From assembly GCF_023055435.1 (NCBI RefSeq), contig NW_025964369.1, forward strand, positions 496,001 through 560,000: DNA of 64,000 nt, written 5' to 3'. Shown here one piece after another: positions 38,451 to 54,291 of this stretch. A program made the position numbers and the translations under genes. A model generated the notes under the pieces. That model did no database searches. It worked only from the letters and a program-made list of their open reading frames with translations, and was not told the DNA's origin. The DNA comes from Haliotis rufescens. Taxonomy: Eukaryota. Within the stretch, counting starts at the first letter, position 1; each line of letters opens with the position of its first letter.

Positions 38451-40635
38451 AGTAAAAGAAATGGTCGAACCCTTTCCAATTAGTTTCTTTTAAATTGAAA
38501 GCAAGATCAGGATTTTTATGAATGTTTATTATTTCTTCTCGTCGATATATTGCGGAATTGTACAGAAGCCGTAAATATTATCAGATTCACTCACTGGTCA
38601 ATCACATCCCCACTTCCCCATTGCCTGCGATAGGATCTAAATAGTTAATTGAATAATAGGTCAGCTGAAGCAACTCCACGTAGCAATTATTGCTTGATTA
38701 ATTAATTGAAGGAGATTATATTTTAACCTTTATAGTTAGAAAACTTGTTTGGAAACTATATAAAACCGACAGTGTGTCACTAATTTTGATAGATAATGTT
38801 ACATACTTGCATGGTCAAGTATGACGTGGGTTTGACCGCCAAGATCGATTAGGTGTGTATGATAAATGTTGCCGTAGGTTAGGAAGAATGACGAAAGGTG
38901 TGCTCCAGGAAATTAGAAAACAGGAGTGGTTTTACACGCAGCATGGTGACATGCATGTCACGTGATAACTGCACGTGTATATATTACCCTGGCAGAGTTG
39001 TATCTTTCCACTTCGATATCAAGTCATTCTTCGTCGACCCATCTACAGTCGTAGGTTAGTTCCTTTCCATTCCCGACATGGGTACAATGTGTGAAGCTCA
39101 TTTCTGGTGTTCCCCGCCGTGATATTGCTGGAATATTGCTACAAGCGGCTTCAAACCATACTCACTCACTCTTTTAGTTCTCAAAAACACAACGTGATTG
39201 TGAGTGAAACCATGCTAAACAAACAACTGTTAGACGTGAGTTAACCGAAGTTCCTTGGTCTGATATTTTGGTTGCAAATTTTGCTTTATGCTAGCTGGAT
39301 TTGAGATTAATTTAAAGGTTTAAGACAGAGTGTGCATTAACTGTAATGATCATATTGAAGATGAAATACATGTTTTATTCCAATGTCCACTATACGATGA
39401 TCTAAGATCTACATTATTTACAGGTATAACGTGACTGGAATACTGTTAAAAGCAGCGTTAACCCCAACTCACTCACTCACTCACTACAAGTATAACGGCT
39501 AAAATGTCCAACTCTGTAAACGGGTCAAACAATGAGACATGGTTTAAACATGAGGAATATGTCACTGCCAACACCTGCTTTTTAATATTACAACGCAAAA
39601 AGCTATTTCTATATGGGTAAAACATTTTTATCTGTATAAATCATCCTGTTTTGTCTATCGTCTCTCATAACTTTTTATGGATGGTATGTATTATTATTTG
39701 TATGTATCAACGTCTAATTTATGCATGTTATTTTATGATGTACAGCAGTCAGACGAATATAAGATATATGTGTGTCTGTCTGCGTTCAAGTCGCGTTGAA
39801 CACAACTCAGCCACTCATGATCTCTCTACAGTAAAGTACGATTATAACGAACTCAAAAGGACTTCTAATTTTAGTTCGTTATAACCGTAGTTCGTTATAA
39901 GCATTCATACAGCATAACTACAGCAATTAGTCGGGACCATAAAAGTAACTTCGTTATATACGTCAGCTCGTTATAAGCGTGTTCGCTATAACCGTAGTGT
40001 ACTCTATTCTAATTGACCTTGAATGAAGACTGATGTATTCACTTGCCATGCTGGACTGTGCCAATGGTGTTTTCTGGATCTGTTTCTATTCTGCCTTTAT
40101 TCATAAATGAACTTATATCACAAATCAAGCGAAACTGTGATAGATGCGTTCAGTTTCATCTTAAACTATCTAAATATTCATATTCTATGCATTGGTGATA
40201 TAATCCTATTTACAATTTAAAACGTCAACAATAGAGAATAACCAACCTCGATAATCTAGCGAAACAGTTTCCATATGGCGTAAAAGGCAGAATGGTCATG
40301 CTAGTAGCGCACCAACCCAAGAAACCAAGATGTTAGTTTGAAAGTTAGAAAGTTATTTCGATAATGTAAAACCTTGAAACGTAAATTCTGCCTACCTAAC
40401 ACACAGGAACGGTTCACCACTACTTGTATGTTCTAAAATGAAGTTTAGGTTTTGCCAAATCTTGCAAAATATAACCCGAAATCTCAACCGAACAGAATTT
40501 GTAAAGTTCTACGTGTGCTTCATGAAAACGGAATGTATTTACAATTTACGTTAATTTCAGAATCGTATGAATTAGCACGCTTTTTTTAAATAGTTAATAT
40601 CAATGATACCAATTATTTTCCAGCAAGCCAGCACC

Positions 40636-41357
40636 ATGAACTCCGTCATTGTCTTGGTAGCATGCCTGGTGGCGGCCGCTGTCGCCGAGCCTATTGGCTA
40701 CGGTAAGGGTCTTTACGGTGGATTTGGAGGATTAGGAGGAGGATTGGGATATGGTGGACTTGGAGGATACGGATTAGGCCTTGGAGGACTTGGAGGATTT
40801 GGAGGACTTGGAGGATACGGAGGACTTGGAGGACTTGGAGGATTTGGAGGATTCGGAGGACTTGGAGGATACGGAGGACTTGGAGGATACGGAGGACTTG
40901 GAGGATTTGGAGGAATTGGAGGATACGGAGGACTTGGATACGGAGGTCTTGGATACGGAGGACTCGGAGGGTTTGGAGGAATCGGAGGTTTTGGAAAATA
41001 TGGTAGGTGGTACTTTAGTCGCCTTGATGAATTTACTGAATTTCCAAATTATGCTTACACTGTACATGTACCAGTATGTCTTACACCACAATGCAGATAC
41101 ATCTTCATGGCCACTTCAGATGAATACAATATAACTGTTACATGGAGTATGTTCTGTCTAAACAATCCATTTGATCGCACAGAAAAGATTATATTTTAAC
41201 ATGTAAGTCAGGTTATTCTCCCTTTGAACGTTGCTGCTCCAGACGTGGCCCAACAGATCGTCTGTTAGAGTTGCAGATGCAGAGACGATTCCCAAGCAGT
41301 TAAATAACTGATTGTCATACTTTACCAATCTTTTCTTTCTTTTCAGGACATTATTAA
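40636..41357 (+). CDS. Secreted glycine-rich protein, copy 5, 125 aa; join(40636..41002,41347..41357)
   Basis: Same structure; differs from copy 2 by one residue (L/F). Confidence 0.9.
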
Positions 41358-43090
41358 TCTAACAACCTGACGATGTTGATAAAGACGATGAACGTGCACC
41401 ACCAGACACGTTTGTATATATAGCCTTCTGAATGTATGAACTGTGATGACGTCGACCTTGAATAAAGCGCGCATGCAACATGAAACCTTCTAGTTCTTCC
41501 TTAAAACTTCCATTACCTACAATGAGGTGCAGAGAGGTTCCAAGAATTATATGCTTGTCTGTGCGGGTGCTTTGAAGTGTTCCTGCAAAGTTCCTGCTAT
41601 ACGACGGCAAACCTATAAATAATCGAGCCTTGACCAGACAATGCATCATATCATCATCATCATCATATTTGCTATTGCCCACCTTAATATCATAAAAAAC
41701 ACGAGCTAACGAAATTCACAAAAATGATGGAAGCAGATGAAACTCTATAACAGACATTTTCACTGAAAATAGTTATCACCGCTTAGTGGAAACTTGGGAT
41801 AATACCTGATCAGAACATTTTGATTTATAACAAGTGTCAGTGCAAATTGGACGCTTCGGATAAAACCTCATAGCAACAGTTTTACTTATAACAAGTGCCA
41901 CTGCAAATTGGACGCTTAGGATAAAATTCCATCAGAGCATTGTAACTTATAAAAAGTGTCACTGTAAGTTGGACACTTGGGATAATATTCAACAAGAGCA
42001 TTTATTCTCAGAACATGAGATACAATTATATACAATTTTTAATCTGTACAAAATTACAGCAGTATACAAGAATAATAGAATTGGAATACGTTGTTTCTAC
42101 TACAATTTACAAATTGTAATATACTAATATTGAAGGAATTTAGATAGGCCTTTCAGATCTCTTACACTGTTAATGGTCAAAGGTTTCTTAAATTGAGACA
42201 GGTTTGGAAACATAAAATATTGTTTATTTTAGAGTATCGCTTTTGGAGAAAAGCGTCCCATCGATTTATTTATAATGAAATGAAGCGACAAAACCCTTTC
42301 TTTATCAAATAGAAATCTCTGCACAAAGCTGAGTCGATTGTACGATTCTGACTGTCATGAGCATGCGTTTATGAATTACCATCAAATAGTGATGGCACCC
42401 ATCACAGACACATGCAAAGGCAAGTCAATTGTTCACCTGAAAAGGCACGGGAACATATGGTACAGGTAAAAATAGGGAATTGCATCGGACATCATTTTTG
42501 TCACTGATGCATCAAATTTGGAAATGTGGATGGTCTTCCCTGGGAATGTTCAGCCATCGACCAGTTTAAACGGGTAATATATGATTTGTAGTTCTGAATT
42601 TTAATATAGAGTGAAATATTGATTTTGAGAGCAATATCTATTTCTCAAATGAAGGTTGATTATTCATGTACTTGCAGTACTTAGTATGAGGCACACTTCT
42701 TTATGAATAGTGTACATGTATTTGTAAAGTATTTGGGACGGTTTATGATACACTTCTGTTGAAGCAAGCTTATGCCAAAAGGAATGACACGTTTATAAAA
42801 GCCGATAACTGTATTTTATTTGATAAACAGTGTTACAGCAAATTGGACTAGTTAAAAAAGTTCTTTGAGAGCATTTTAACTGATAACAAGTGTCAAAGCG
42901 AATTGGACGCTTGAAACGAAACCAAACAACAGCATATTAACTGACAACAAATGTCACAGCAAAATGGACACTACGGATAAAACCACAACAGCTTAGACGC
43001 ATATGATCTTTTGCAACGTGCTGGTGACTCAGTAAACCCACATGGCCGCAAATCATTTGGCACATAAGAAAGTGGGGGTGGGGGATTTGC

Positions 43091-43156
<66 letters not shown>

Positions 43157-43973
43157 TGATGACAGTGGGTACTGGGTGGTATACAGGTCTTATATTTCCC
43201 TTGATGCTTACAACAACCGTCATCGTGGTGTGTTGCACAGCTTAACAATACACGACCACTATTACATCAACATTATAATATTATAATCATTGGAATTTAA
43301 AAAGCAAACTGCTATAGAACGGCATCTTTTACATCCTCATTCCAAACACAGAGTTATCATAATCATCATATCAGATATTGCCCATGTTTACATCATATAG
43401 AACACGGGCCAACGAAAGTCACAAGAATGATCAAACCAGATGGAAGTACAGAATAGTATTTTAACTGACAAGTATCACGGCATATTGGACTGATATTGGA
43501 CCCCATAGGAGCATTTTAACTTGGTGGGTGGTGTAAGGAGCTTATGTTTCCTTGATGCTTACAACAAACGTTATCTAGGCGTGTTCCATAGCCTCTTGTC
43601 AAAGCTTAAGAATACATAACTTCTATCGTATCAACATTATAATAGTATATGCTATTTTTGGAATTAAAAAAGCAAACTGCAATGGAAAAGAATCCTTTGC
43701 ATCCTCATTCCAAACACATTTGACCCTCTGACCGTCTCTCATCTTCCTGCTCGTCACATGTAGGGGTAGCCTAGTGGTAACTCATATAGCCGTAGGCCCA
43801 CACATGGCTAAAATTTCTCGTCGTGATTTTGCAGAAAACAGCGTAAAACCATACTTACTCACTCATCATTGGCGCATGCGTCAACTGTTTCAAAACAGAT
43901 TATTGACAGGGTATCAAAGAAACAAGACACGGGAAAGTGTTGAGAATGATGATATGTTCGTACTCCAAAGTTC

Positions 43974-44595
43974 TTGCATTTTGACTCGGATACTGAGGAC
44001 TCGGATACGGAGGACTTAGAGGACTACGATACTGAGGACTTCGTTACGGAGGATTTGGAAAAGGAGATCTTGGATAAGGAGGACTTGGTAACTAAGGACA
44101 TGGAGGATTTGAGGACTGGGATACGGAGTACATGGACACGGAGTATTCGGAGGACTGGGATACGGAGTACTTGGATACGGAGTACTTGGAGGACTGGGAT
44201 ACGGAGTACTTGGGTACGGAGTACTTGGATACGGAGTACTTGTATACGGAGTATTTGGAGGACTGGGTTACGGAGGACTTGGACAAACTTGAAGGACTTT
44301 GATAGGGAAGTTCCGGATACGGAGGATTCGGATACGGAGAAATCGCATACGGAGGACTTTGAGGACTTTGATACGATGACTCGAATACGGATGGCTTTTC
44401 AGGATTTCAGGGGTGTCAGGACTCGGTTGAGGACTTGGACACAGATGACTTTGAAGATTCGGACGTCTTGGGGGATTCGGAGGTTTGAGAAAATACAGTA
44501 GCTGATACTATGACCGCCTTATAGATGTATTAACTCTCATTCAGCATGTTATCTACACTAGTGCTGGCATGTTTCACACACAAATTCAGATAGAT
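43974..44595 (+). pseudogene. Decayed paralogous Gly-rich exon (unit 5)
   Basis: Near-identical to the unit 2 copy. Confidence 0.8.
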
Positions 44596-44623
44596 TTGAA
44601 TACATCAGAATACAATGTATGTT

Positions 44624-45478
44624 CGAGGGGCGTTCAATGAGTTTTGTGGGGACACGGGTGGCCCAGTCGTCTAGGGCGCCGCGATTCGCTGTGCAGAGTT
44701 GCGTCCCTTGGGCACGCCAGAAACCTATGATTGTTGGTTCGAATCCCGGTTCGCCCCAATTATGTTTCTAGGTTTGTCAGCACCATACCCGTGCTCGTGG
44801 GTTTCACCGAAGTGGTTAACGTCTTAGACCTGCATCACTTCCGGCTTTCCTCCCACACTAAGCTGACACGCCGTGATATAACTGGAATAATGTTAAAAGC
44901 GGCGTTGAACCCAACTCACTCACTCAATAAGTTTTGCAACTTGGGCAATGGTGTATACACAAACAATGTCAACTTGTGGCAGGTGTGACACTAGACATAA
45001 CATCAGGTTGACAGGTGTCATAACAAGTTCCAGACACAACACTAAGTTAGATGTGGTGGCTTCATTCACCTAAGGGTGGTCACAATCATGGATTCTCTCA
45101 AACATGAACAACGCGCTGTAATAAAGTTCCTTACATAGGAGGGATGCAAAGCAAAAGAAATCCATATGTGACTTATGTGGATGTCGATTCGAACAGTTAA
45201 ATCACACATCCTACAGACCAGACTTAGCCCCCAGTGACTATTTCCTGTTCCAGCAAATGAAATCTGCCCAACGTGGAAGACGCTTCCAGGATGACGAGGA
45301 CATAAAGGCTGCCACAGAGGCGTGGTTAGAGGGCCAATCTGTGGATTTCTATAAAAGTGGTATTAAAAGCTTGAAGGATAAACGGAATAAGTGTATTGAG
45401 GTGAATGGAGATTATATTGAAAAATAAAAGTGCAAAAGATATTCTGCGACTTGGTCTTATATTGAAGTTACAAAACTT
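44624..45478 (+). mobile_element. Internally deleted mariner, unit 5
   Basis: As unit 1, with an extra TAG in the N-terminal part. Confidence 0.9.
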
Positions 45479-46497
45479 NNNNNNNNNNNNNNNNNNNNNN
45501 NNNNNNNNNNNNNNNNNNNNNNNNNNNNNNNNNNNNNNNNNNNNNNNNNNNNNNNNNNNNNNNNNNNNNNNNNNNNNNNNNNNNNNNNNNNNNNNNNNNN
45601 NNNNNNNNNNNNNNNNNNNNNNNNNNNNNNNNNNNNNNNNNNNNNNNNNNNNNNNNNNNNNNNNNNNNNNNNNNNNNNNNNNNNNNNNNNNNNNNNNNNN
45701 NNNNNNNNNNNNNNNNNNNNNNNNNNACACCAGTTGAACAGCTCAAATGATGATAACAATTACTAGGTATTCACAAGCATGACAACTGCTCTACCGTAGT
45801 CACAACGGCAAGTGCACGGGTTCAGATATCATCGGGTCGTTAACGGGAAAAGGGTCAGTGTAAAGACGGGTGCTGCTGGCGAGTACCCGGAGTGTGGTTC
45901 TTTATACAGGCGGGAACCGAGCAATACAAACCATTTATGGTTCCAATACAGTTCCCAGATATATTGCCTTACCTTAATCAGTAAACACTGAACCCGGAGA
46001 TGAGCGTCATAATATATATAAGTGTCGGCATGACGTGAAGCAGAATATTATAAGTATATTAAATCTTCAAACTATCAGATTTGGCAGATTGCGGGTATTT
46101 TTAATGTAATCGTCATTGGCGTTTGTCGGGTGGGCCTGAGGTACAATGCCGTGAGCACTGAGCTTTTGAAAATGTGCGTAACAAAATACAACTGACTCGG
46201 CAACCAGAGGGTTAACTGGCTTCATTTTGGTACATGTTGATACCTGGTAACCAAAGCTCATATGTCCTCATTAACCTTAAAGCCCTAAGGCTTCGCTACA
46301 CGCGCCAAAATATGCAAGTTGACAAGTTCCCTTTGGGCCATCAGTTAAAACACTTCCCTCCCCAGTGGCAAATCCTTTAGTTTATAGTGAGAGTGAGAGA
46401 GTAAGTGAGCTTGAGAGTGTGAGTGAGCGAGTTTAGCTCCTGTCCATCATGTTTTATATCTATGAATGTCTTGTACATAAAAAGTCTTCATCATGCT

Positions 46498-47784
46498 AAA
46501 AAGAACATTCAGTAAAAGAACATTTCAATACACAAACACTTTCAATGTAATACAATATTTCAACACACAAACGCGATCAAAGTATAACAACATTTCAGCA
46601 CACAAACGTGTTAAAATCAAAACAAGATTTCAAGACACAAACGCATTCAAATTAAAACAATATTTCAATACATCAACAAATCAAAGTAAAGCAAAATTTC
46701 GACACACACAGACCTTCAAAGTAAAACAAATGTCAACACGCGTTCAAAGTGTAAATAAAGGTTCAGCACACAAACACATTAAGGTAAAACATTTCAAGGC
46801 ACAAACATGTTCAAAGTACAAACACCTTTCAACACACAAACACGTTCAATGTCATACAATAGTTCAAGCACAAAAAGGTGTCAAAATAAAACATGTCAAC
46901 ACACAAACGCTTTCAAAATACAAGATTATAACACACACAGACGTTCAAAGTAAAGCTACATTTCAAACACGTTCAACGTAAAACAGTTCAGCACACAAAC
47001 ACATATAAAAGTAAAACAACATTTAAAGACACGAACACGTTCAAAGCAAAACAACATTTCAACACACAAACATGTTGAAAGTGAAACATCATTTCAACAC
47101 ACACACAGACATTCAAAGTAAAAGAACATTTCAGCGCACAAACACGTTCGAAGCAAAACAACATTTCAACACACAAACACGTTCAAAGTAAAAGAACATT
47201 TTAAGACACAAACACGTTCAGAGGTAACCAACCATTCAATACACAAGCACTTTCAAAGTAAAACAACAATTCAATACACAAACACTTTCAAAGAAGAACA
47301 ACATTTCAATACACTCAAACATTCAAAGTAAAACATTTCAACACACAAACACGTTCAAAGTAAAAGAACATTTTAAGACACAAACACGTTCAGAGGAAAC
47401 CAACCATTCAATACACAACCACTTTCAAAGAAGAGCAAAATTTCAATACACAAACACGTTCAAAGTAAAACAACATTTCAATACACAAACACGTTTAAAG
47501 TAAAACAATATTTCAATGAACAAACACGTTCAAAGTAAAACAACAATTCAATACACAAACACTTTCAAAGAAGAACAACATTTCAATACACTCAGACATT
47601 CAAAGTAAAACATTTCAACACACAAACACGTTCAAAGTAAAACATCATTTCAACACACACAGACATTCAAAGTAAAAGGTCATTTCAACACACAAACAAG
47701 TACAACTTAAAAGATCATTTCAACACACAAACACGTTCAATGTAAAGTAATATTCCAATCACAAATACGTTCAAAGTAATCCAA
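46498..47784. repeat. 35-bp minisatellite, unit 6
   Basis: Distinct monomer order. Confidence 0.9.
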
Positions 47785-50710
47785 CAGTAAAAGAAATGGT
47801 CGAACCCTTTCCAATTAGTTTCTTTTAAATTGAAAGCAAGATCAGGATTTTTATGAATGTTTATTATTTCTTCTCGTCGATATATTGCGGAATTGTACAG
47901 AAGCCGTAAATATTATCAGATTCACTCACTGGTCAATCACATCCCCACTTCCCCATTGCATGCGATAGGATCTAAATAGTTAACTGAATAATAGGTCAGC
48001 TGAAGCAACTCCACGTAGCAATTATTGCTTGATTAATTAATTGAAGGAGATTTTATTTTAACCTATATAGTTAGAGAACTTGTTTGGAAACTATATAAAA
48101 CCGACAGTGTGTCACTAATTTTGATAGATAATGTTACATACTTGCATGGTCAAGTATGACGTGGGTTTGACCGCCAAGATCGATTAGGTGTGTATGATAA
48201 ATGTTGCCGTAGGTTAGGAAGAATGACGAAAGGTGTGCTCCAGGAAATTAGAAAACAGGAGTGGTTTTACACGCAGCATGGTGACATGCATGTCACGTGA
48301 TAACTGCACGTGTATATATTACCCTGGCAGAGTTGTATCTTTCCACTTCGATATCAAGTCATTCTTCGTCGACCCATCTACAGTCGTAGGTAAGTGAGTG
48401 TCCTAACATTCTGACATGTCATTTGCTTATTCATTTGCACTTTTTTCTTTTAGTTCCTTTCCATTCCCGACATGGGTACAATGTGTGAAGCTCATTTCTG
48501 GTGTTCCCCGCCGTGATATTGCTGGAATATTGCTACAAGCGGCTTCAAACCATACTCACTCACTCTTTTAGTTCTCAAAAACACAACGTGATTGTGAGTG
48601 AAACCATGCTTATGCTAATTTTGCTTTATGCTAGCTGGATTTGATATTAATTTATAGGTTTAAGACAGAGTATGCATTAACTGTAATGATCATATTGAAG
48701 ATTTAATACATGTTTTATTCCAATGTCCACTATACGATGATCTAAGATCTACATTATTTACAAGTATAACGTGACTGTAATACTATTAAAAGCGGTGTTA
48801 AACCCAACTCACTCACTCACTCACTCAGTCACTCACTACAAGTATAACGGCTAAAATGTCCAACTCTGTAAACGGGTCAAACAATGAGACATGGTTTAAA
48901 CATAAGGAATATGTCACTGCCAACACCTGCTTTTTAATTTTACAACGCAAAAAGCTATTTCTATATGGGTAAAACAGTTTTATCTGTATAAATCATCCTG
49001 TTTTGTCTATCGTCTCTCATAACTTTATATGAATGGCGCTGTATTATTTTTTTTATGTATAAACGTCTAATTTATGCATGTTATTTTATGACGTTCAGCA
49101 GTGAGACGAAAATAAAAAAATATGTCTGTCTGTCTGCGTTCAAGTCGCGTTGAACACAACTCAGCCACTCATGATCTCTCTAACGTAAAGTACGGTTATA
49201 ACGAACTCAAATGGACTTCTAATTTTAGTTCGTTATAACCGTAGTTCGTTATAAGCATAACTTCAGCATAACTACAACAAATAGTCGGGACCAAAAAAGT
49301 AAGTTTGTTATATCCGTCAGTTCGTTATAAGCGTCTTCGTTATAACCGTAGTGTACTCTATTTTAGTTGACCTTGAATGAAGATGCTGGCGTGATAGCGC
49401 ACTGGTTAACGTAAACACATCGTTTGATTGCCTGCATTTTATTACATTCTAATTTGATTTCATTCACAGGGTTTTAAGAACAAGACTGAGAAATGTTTGT
49501 ATAATAGATAACAATGTTTTATCAGAAATACTGATGTATTCACTTGCCATGCTGGACTGTGCCAAGGGTGTTTTCTGGATCTGTTTCTATTCTACCTTAT
49601 TCATAAATGAACTTATATCACAAATCAAGCGAAACTGTAATAGATGCGTTCAGTTTCATCTTAAACTATTTAAATATTCATATTCTATGCATTGGTGATA
49701 TTATCCTATTTACAATTTAAAACGTCAACAACAGAGAATAACCATCCTCGATAATCTGGCAAAACAGATTCCATATGGCGTAAAAGGCAGAATGGTCATG
49801 CTAGTAGAGCATTAACCCAAGAAATCAAGATATTTGTTTGAAAGTTAGAAAATTGTTTCGATAATGTAAAACCTGGAAACGTAAATTCTGGCTACCTAAC
49901 ACACAGGAACGGTTCACCACAACTTGTATGTGCTAAAATGTAGTTTAGGTTTTGCCAAATCTTGCAAAATATAAACAAAAGTAACAAAAAATATTAAGGG
50001 TCACGCAAATTTTGTAGGACACATAAAGGTTTAAAATTATATACAATAACAACATTAACAAAAAAATATTCTTAAAATCTTCGAGGCCGCTGTTGGAAGC
50101 GAAAGAATACACGCTGATCAAGTAACAAAAATGGCGTTTGCAAAACGAACATTCTCGATTAACGAGTTAAAGGAGATATTTACAGTTTATAACGAAATGT
50201 TTCAAGAGAATAATAAGAGATACGAAGCCATATTGACTCCATAAAAGACCATCTGTCATTATTTTGCCTTGTCAATATGGAACTAACGTTAAAAGGAAGT
50301 TAACACCGGCTAGACACTCACGATAAAGGGAGACAATTTGAGGGGAGGTCACTCTTGTATGACATCAGTTCCGTCAAAGTGTTATGTTCACAGCAATTAA
50401 ATAACAAGTGTTATCTTCACTGCATTGAAATATCAATTGTTATGTTCACTGAAGTTAAAATATCCCTTTTCTCAACTTCGGAAAACTCATTCTTTCACAC
50501 TAAAGTATATACAAAATATATATATTCGGTTTGATATAACCACAGTAATTCCAATTCCCGAACAGAATATGTAAAGGTTTTTTTTACGTGTGCTTCATGA
50601 AAACGGAATGTATTTACAATTTACGTAAATGTCAGAACCTTATGAATGAGCACGCTTTTTTTAATTAGTTTATATCAATGATACCAATTATTTTCCAGCA
50701 AGCCAGCACC

Positions 50711-51429
50711 ATGAACTCTGTCATTGTCTTGGTAGCATGCCTGGTGGCGGCCGCTGTCGCCGAGCCTATTGGCTACGGTAAGGGTCTTTACGGTGGATTT
50801 GGAGGATTAGGAGGAATGGGATATGGTGGACTTGGAGGATACGGATTAGGCCTCGGACTTGGAGGACTTGGAGGATTTGGAGGATACGGAGGATACGGAG
50901 GACTTGGATACGGAGGACTTGGAGGATTCGGAGGACTTGGAGGATACGGAGGACTAGGATACGGAGGACTTGGAGGATTCGGAGGACTTGGAGGATACGG
51001 AGGACTTGGATACGGAGGTCTTGGATACGGAGGTCTCGGAGGGTTTGGAGGAATCGGAGGTTTTGGAAAATATGGTAGGTGACACTGTAGTCGCCTTGAT
51101 GAAATTACTGAATTTCCAAATTATGCTTACACTGTACATGTACCAGTATGTCTTACACCACAATGCAGATACATCTTCATGGCCACTTCAGATGACTACA
51201 ATATAACTGTTACATGGAGTATGTTCTGTCTAAACAATCCAATTGATCGCACAGAAAAGAACATATTTTAACATGTAAGTCAGGTTATTCTCCTTGTGAA
51301 CGTTGCTGCTCCACACTTGGTCCAACAGATCGTCTGTCAGAGTTGCAGGTACAGACACAATCCCCAAGCAGTTAAATAACTGATTGTCATACTTTACCAA
51401 TCTTTTCTTTCTTTTCAGGACATTATTAA
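50711..51429 (+). CDS. Secreted glycine-rich protein, copy 6 (type B), 124 aa; join(50711..51074,51419..51429)
   Basis: Same structure; protein identical to copy 3. Confidence 0.9.
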
Positions 51430-51624
51430 TCTAACAACCTGACGATGTTGATAAAGACGAATGAACGTGCACCACCAGACACGTTTGTATATATAGCCTT
51501 CTGAATGTATGAATTGTGATGACGTCGACCTTGAATAAAGCGCGCATGCAACATGAAACCTTCTAGTTCTTCCTTAAAACTTCCATTACCTACAATAAGG
51601 TGCAGAGAGGTTCCAAGAATTATA

Positions 51625-51916
51625 GACCGCCTCCGTGGTCTAGTGGTAGAGCGTCCGTCGATCCCTGTCATACCAAAAGACGTTAAAAGATGGTACTTGT
51701 TGTTACCCTTGTTACCCTGCCTGGCCCTCCGTATACTGTGTCTGAATGGGGTATACATGTTAAACTGCGGCATGGTATCTCAGTGAGCTAGCACTATACA
51801 TCGGCATCAGTCCGGACTAGTACAAGCAACCACACACACACAAACACACGTGCATGCAGGTCGCTATATAAGTGCAATAATCTTGGACGCGGCGTTAAAC
51901 CCCATTTCACCTCGCC
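51625..51916 (+). mobile_element. Same SINE insertion, unit 6
   Basis: Same site and TSD as unit 3. Confidence 0.88.
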
Positions 51917-54291
51917 TCCAAGAATTATATGCTTGTTTGTGTGGGTGCTGTGAAGTGTTCCTGCAATGTTCCTGCTATACGACGGCAAACCTATAAATAA
52001 TCGAGCCTTGACCAGACAATGCATCATATCATCATCATCATCATCATCATATCTGCTATTTCCCACCTTAATATATAAAACACGAACTAACGAAATTCAC
52101 AAGAATGATGGAAGCAGATGAAACTCTATAACAGACATTTTCACTGAAAATAGTTATCACCGCTTAGTGGAAACTTGGGATAATACCTGATCAGAACATT
52201 TTGATTTATAACAAGTGTCAGTGCAAATTGGACGCTTCGGATAAAACCTCATAGCAACAGTTTTACTTATAACAAGTGCCACTGCAAATTGGACGCTTGG
52301 GATAAAATTCAATGAGAGCATTCTAACTTATAAAAAGTGTCACTGTACGTTGGACACTTGGGATAATACCCAACAAGAGCATTTATTCTCAGAACATGAG
52401 ATACAATTATACCATTTTTAATCTGTACAAAAATTACAGCAGTTAACAAGAATAATAGAATTGGAATACGTTGTTTCTACTACAATTTACAAATTGTTAT
52501 ACACATGTTGAAGGAATTTAGATAGGCCTTTCAGATCTCTTACACTGTTAATGGTCAAAGGTTTCTTAAATTGAGACAGGTTTGGAAACATAAAATATTG
52601 TTTATTTTAGAGTATCGCTTTTGGACAAAAGCGTCCCATCGATTTATTTATATTTAAATGAAGCGAAAAAACCCTTTCTTTATCAAATAGAAATCTCTGC
52701 ACAAAGCTGAGTCGATTGTACGATTCTGACTGTCATGAGCATGCGTTTATGAATTACCATCAAATAGTAATGGCACCCATCACAGACACATGCAAAGGCA
52801 AGTCAGTTGTTCACCTGAAAAAGCACAGGAACATGTGGTACAGGTAAAAATAGGGAATTGCATCGGACATCATTTTTGTCACTGATGCGTCAAATTTGGA
52901 AATGTGGATGGTCTTCCCTGGGAATGTTCCGCCATCGACCAGTTTTAACGGGTAATATATGATTAGTAGTTCTGAATTTTAATATAGAGAGAAATATTGA
53001 TTTTGAGAGCAATATATATTTCTCAAATGAAGGTTGATTCTTCATGTACTTGAAGTACTTAGTATGATGCACACTTCTTTATGAATAGTGTACATGTATT
53101 TTGTAAAGTATTTGGGACGGTTTATGATACTCTTCTGTTGAAGCAAGCTTATGCAAAGAAACAACACGTTTATAAAACCCGATAATTGTATTTTAACTGA
53201 TAAACAGTGTCACAGCAAATTGGACACGTGAGATAAGTTCCTTGAGAGCATTTTAACTGATAACAAGTATCAAAGCGAATTGGACGCTTGAAATAAAACC
53301 AAATAACTTCATATTAACTGACAACAAATGTCACAGCAAAATGGACGCTACAGATAAAACCACAAAAGCTTAGACGCATATTACCTTTTTCGACGTGCTG
53401 GTGATTCAGTGAACACACATGGCTGCACATCATTTCACGCATAAGGTTCATCATTCTACGGGAGGGGCGTAAGAGTGGGAATGGGGTACTGGGTGGCAGG
53501 TGGTATACGGGTCTTATATTTCCTTGATGCTTACAACAAACGTCATCGTGGTGTGTTGCGCAGCTTAACAATACACGACAACTATTGCATCAGCATTATA
53601 ATATTAAAATAATTGGAATTTAAAAAGCAAACTGAAATAGAAAAGAATCTTTCACATCCTCATTCCAAACACAGAGTTATCATTATCACCAAATCAGATA
53701 TTGCCCATGTTATCATCATATAGAACACGGGCCAACGAGAGTCACAAGAATGATAAAACCAGATGGAAGTACAGAATAGTATTTTAACTGACAAGTATCA
53801 CGGCATATTGGAGGCATATTGGACCCCATAGGAGCATTTTAACTTGGTGGGTGGTGTAAGGGGCTTATGTTTCCTTGATGCTTACAACAAACGTTATCGT
53901 CGTGTGTTCCATAGCCTCTTGTCAAAGCTTAAGAATACATAACTTCTATCGTATCAACATTATAATATTATATGCTATTTTTGGAATTAAAAAAGCAAAC
54001 TGCAATAGAAAAGAATCCTTTGCATCCTCATTCCAAACGCATTTGACCCACTGACCGTCTCTCATCTTCCTGCTCGCCACATGTAGGGGTAGGCTAGTGG
54101 TAACTCATATAGCCGAAGGCTCACACATGGCTAAAATTTCTCGTCGTGATTTTGCTGAAAGCAGCGTAAAACCATACTTACTCACTCATCATTGGCGCAT
54201 GCGTCAACTATTTCAATACAGATTATTGACAGGGTATCAAAGAAACAAGACACGGGAAAGTGGTGAGAGCGATGATATGTTCCTACTCCAG

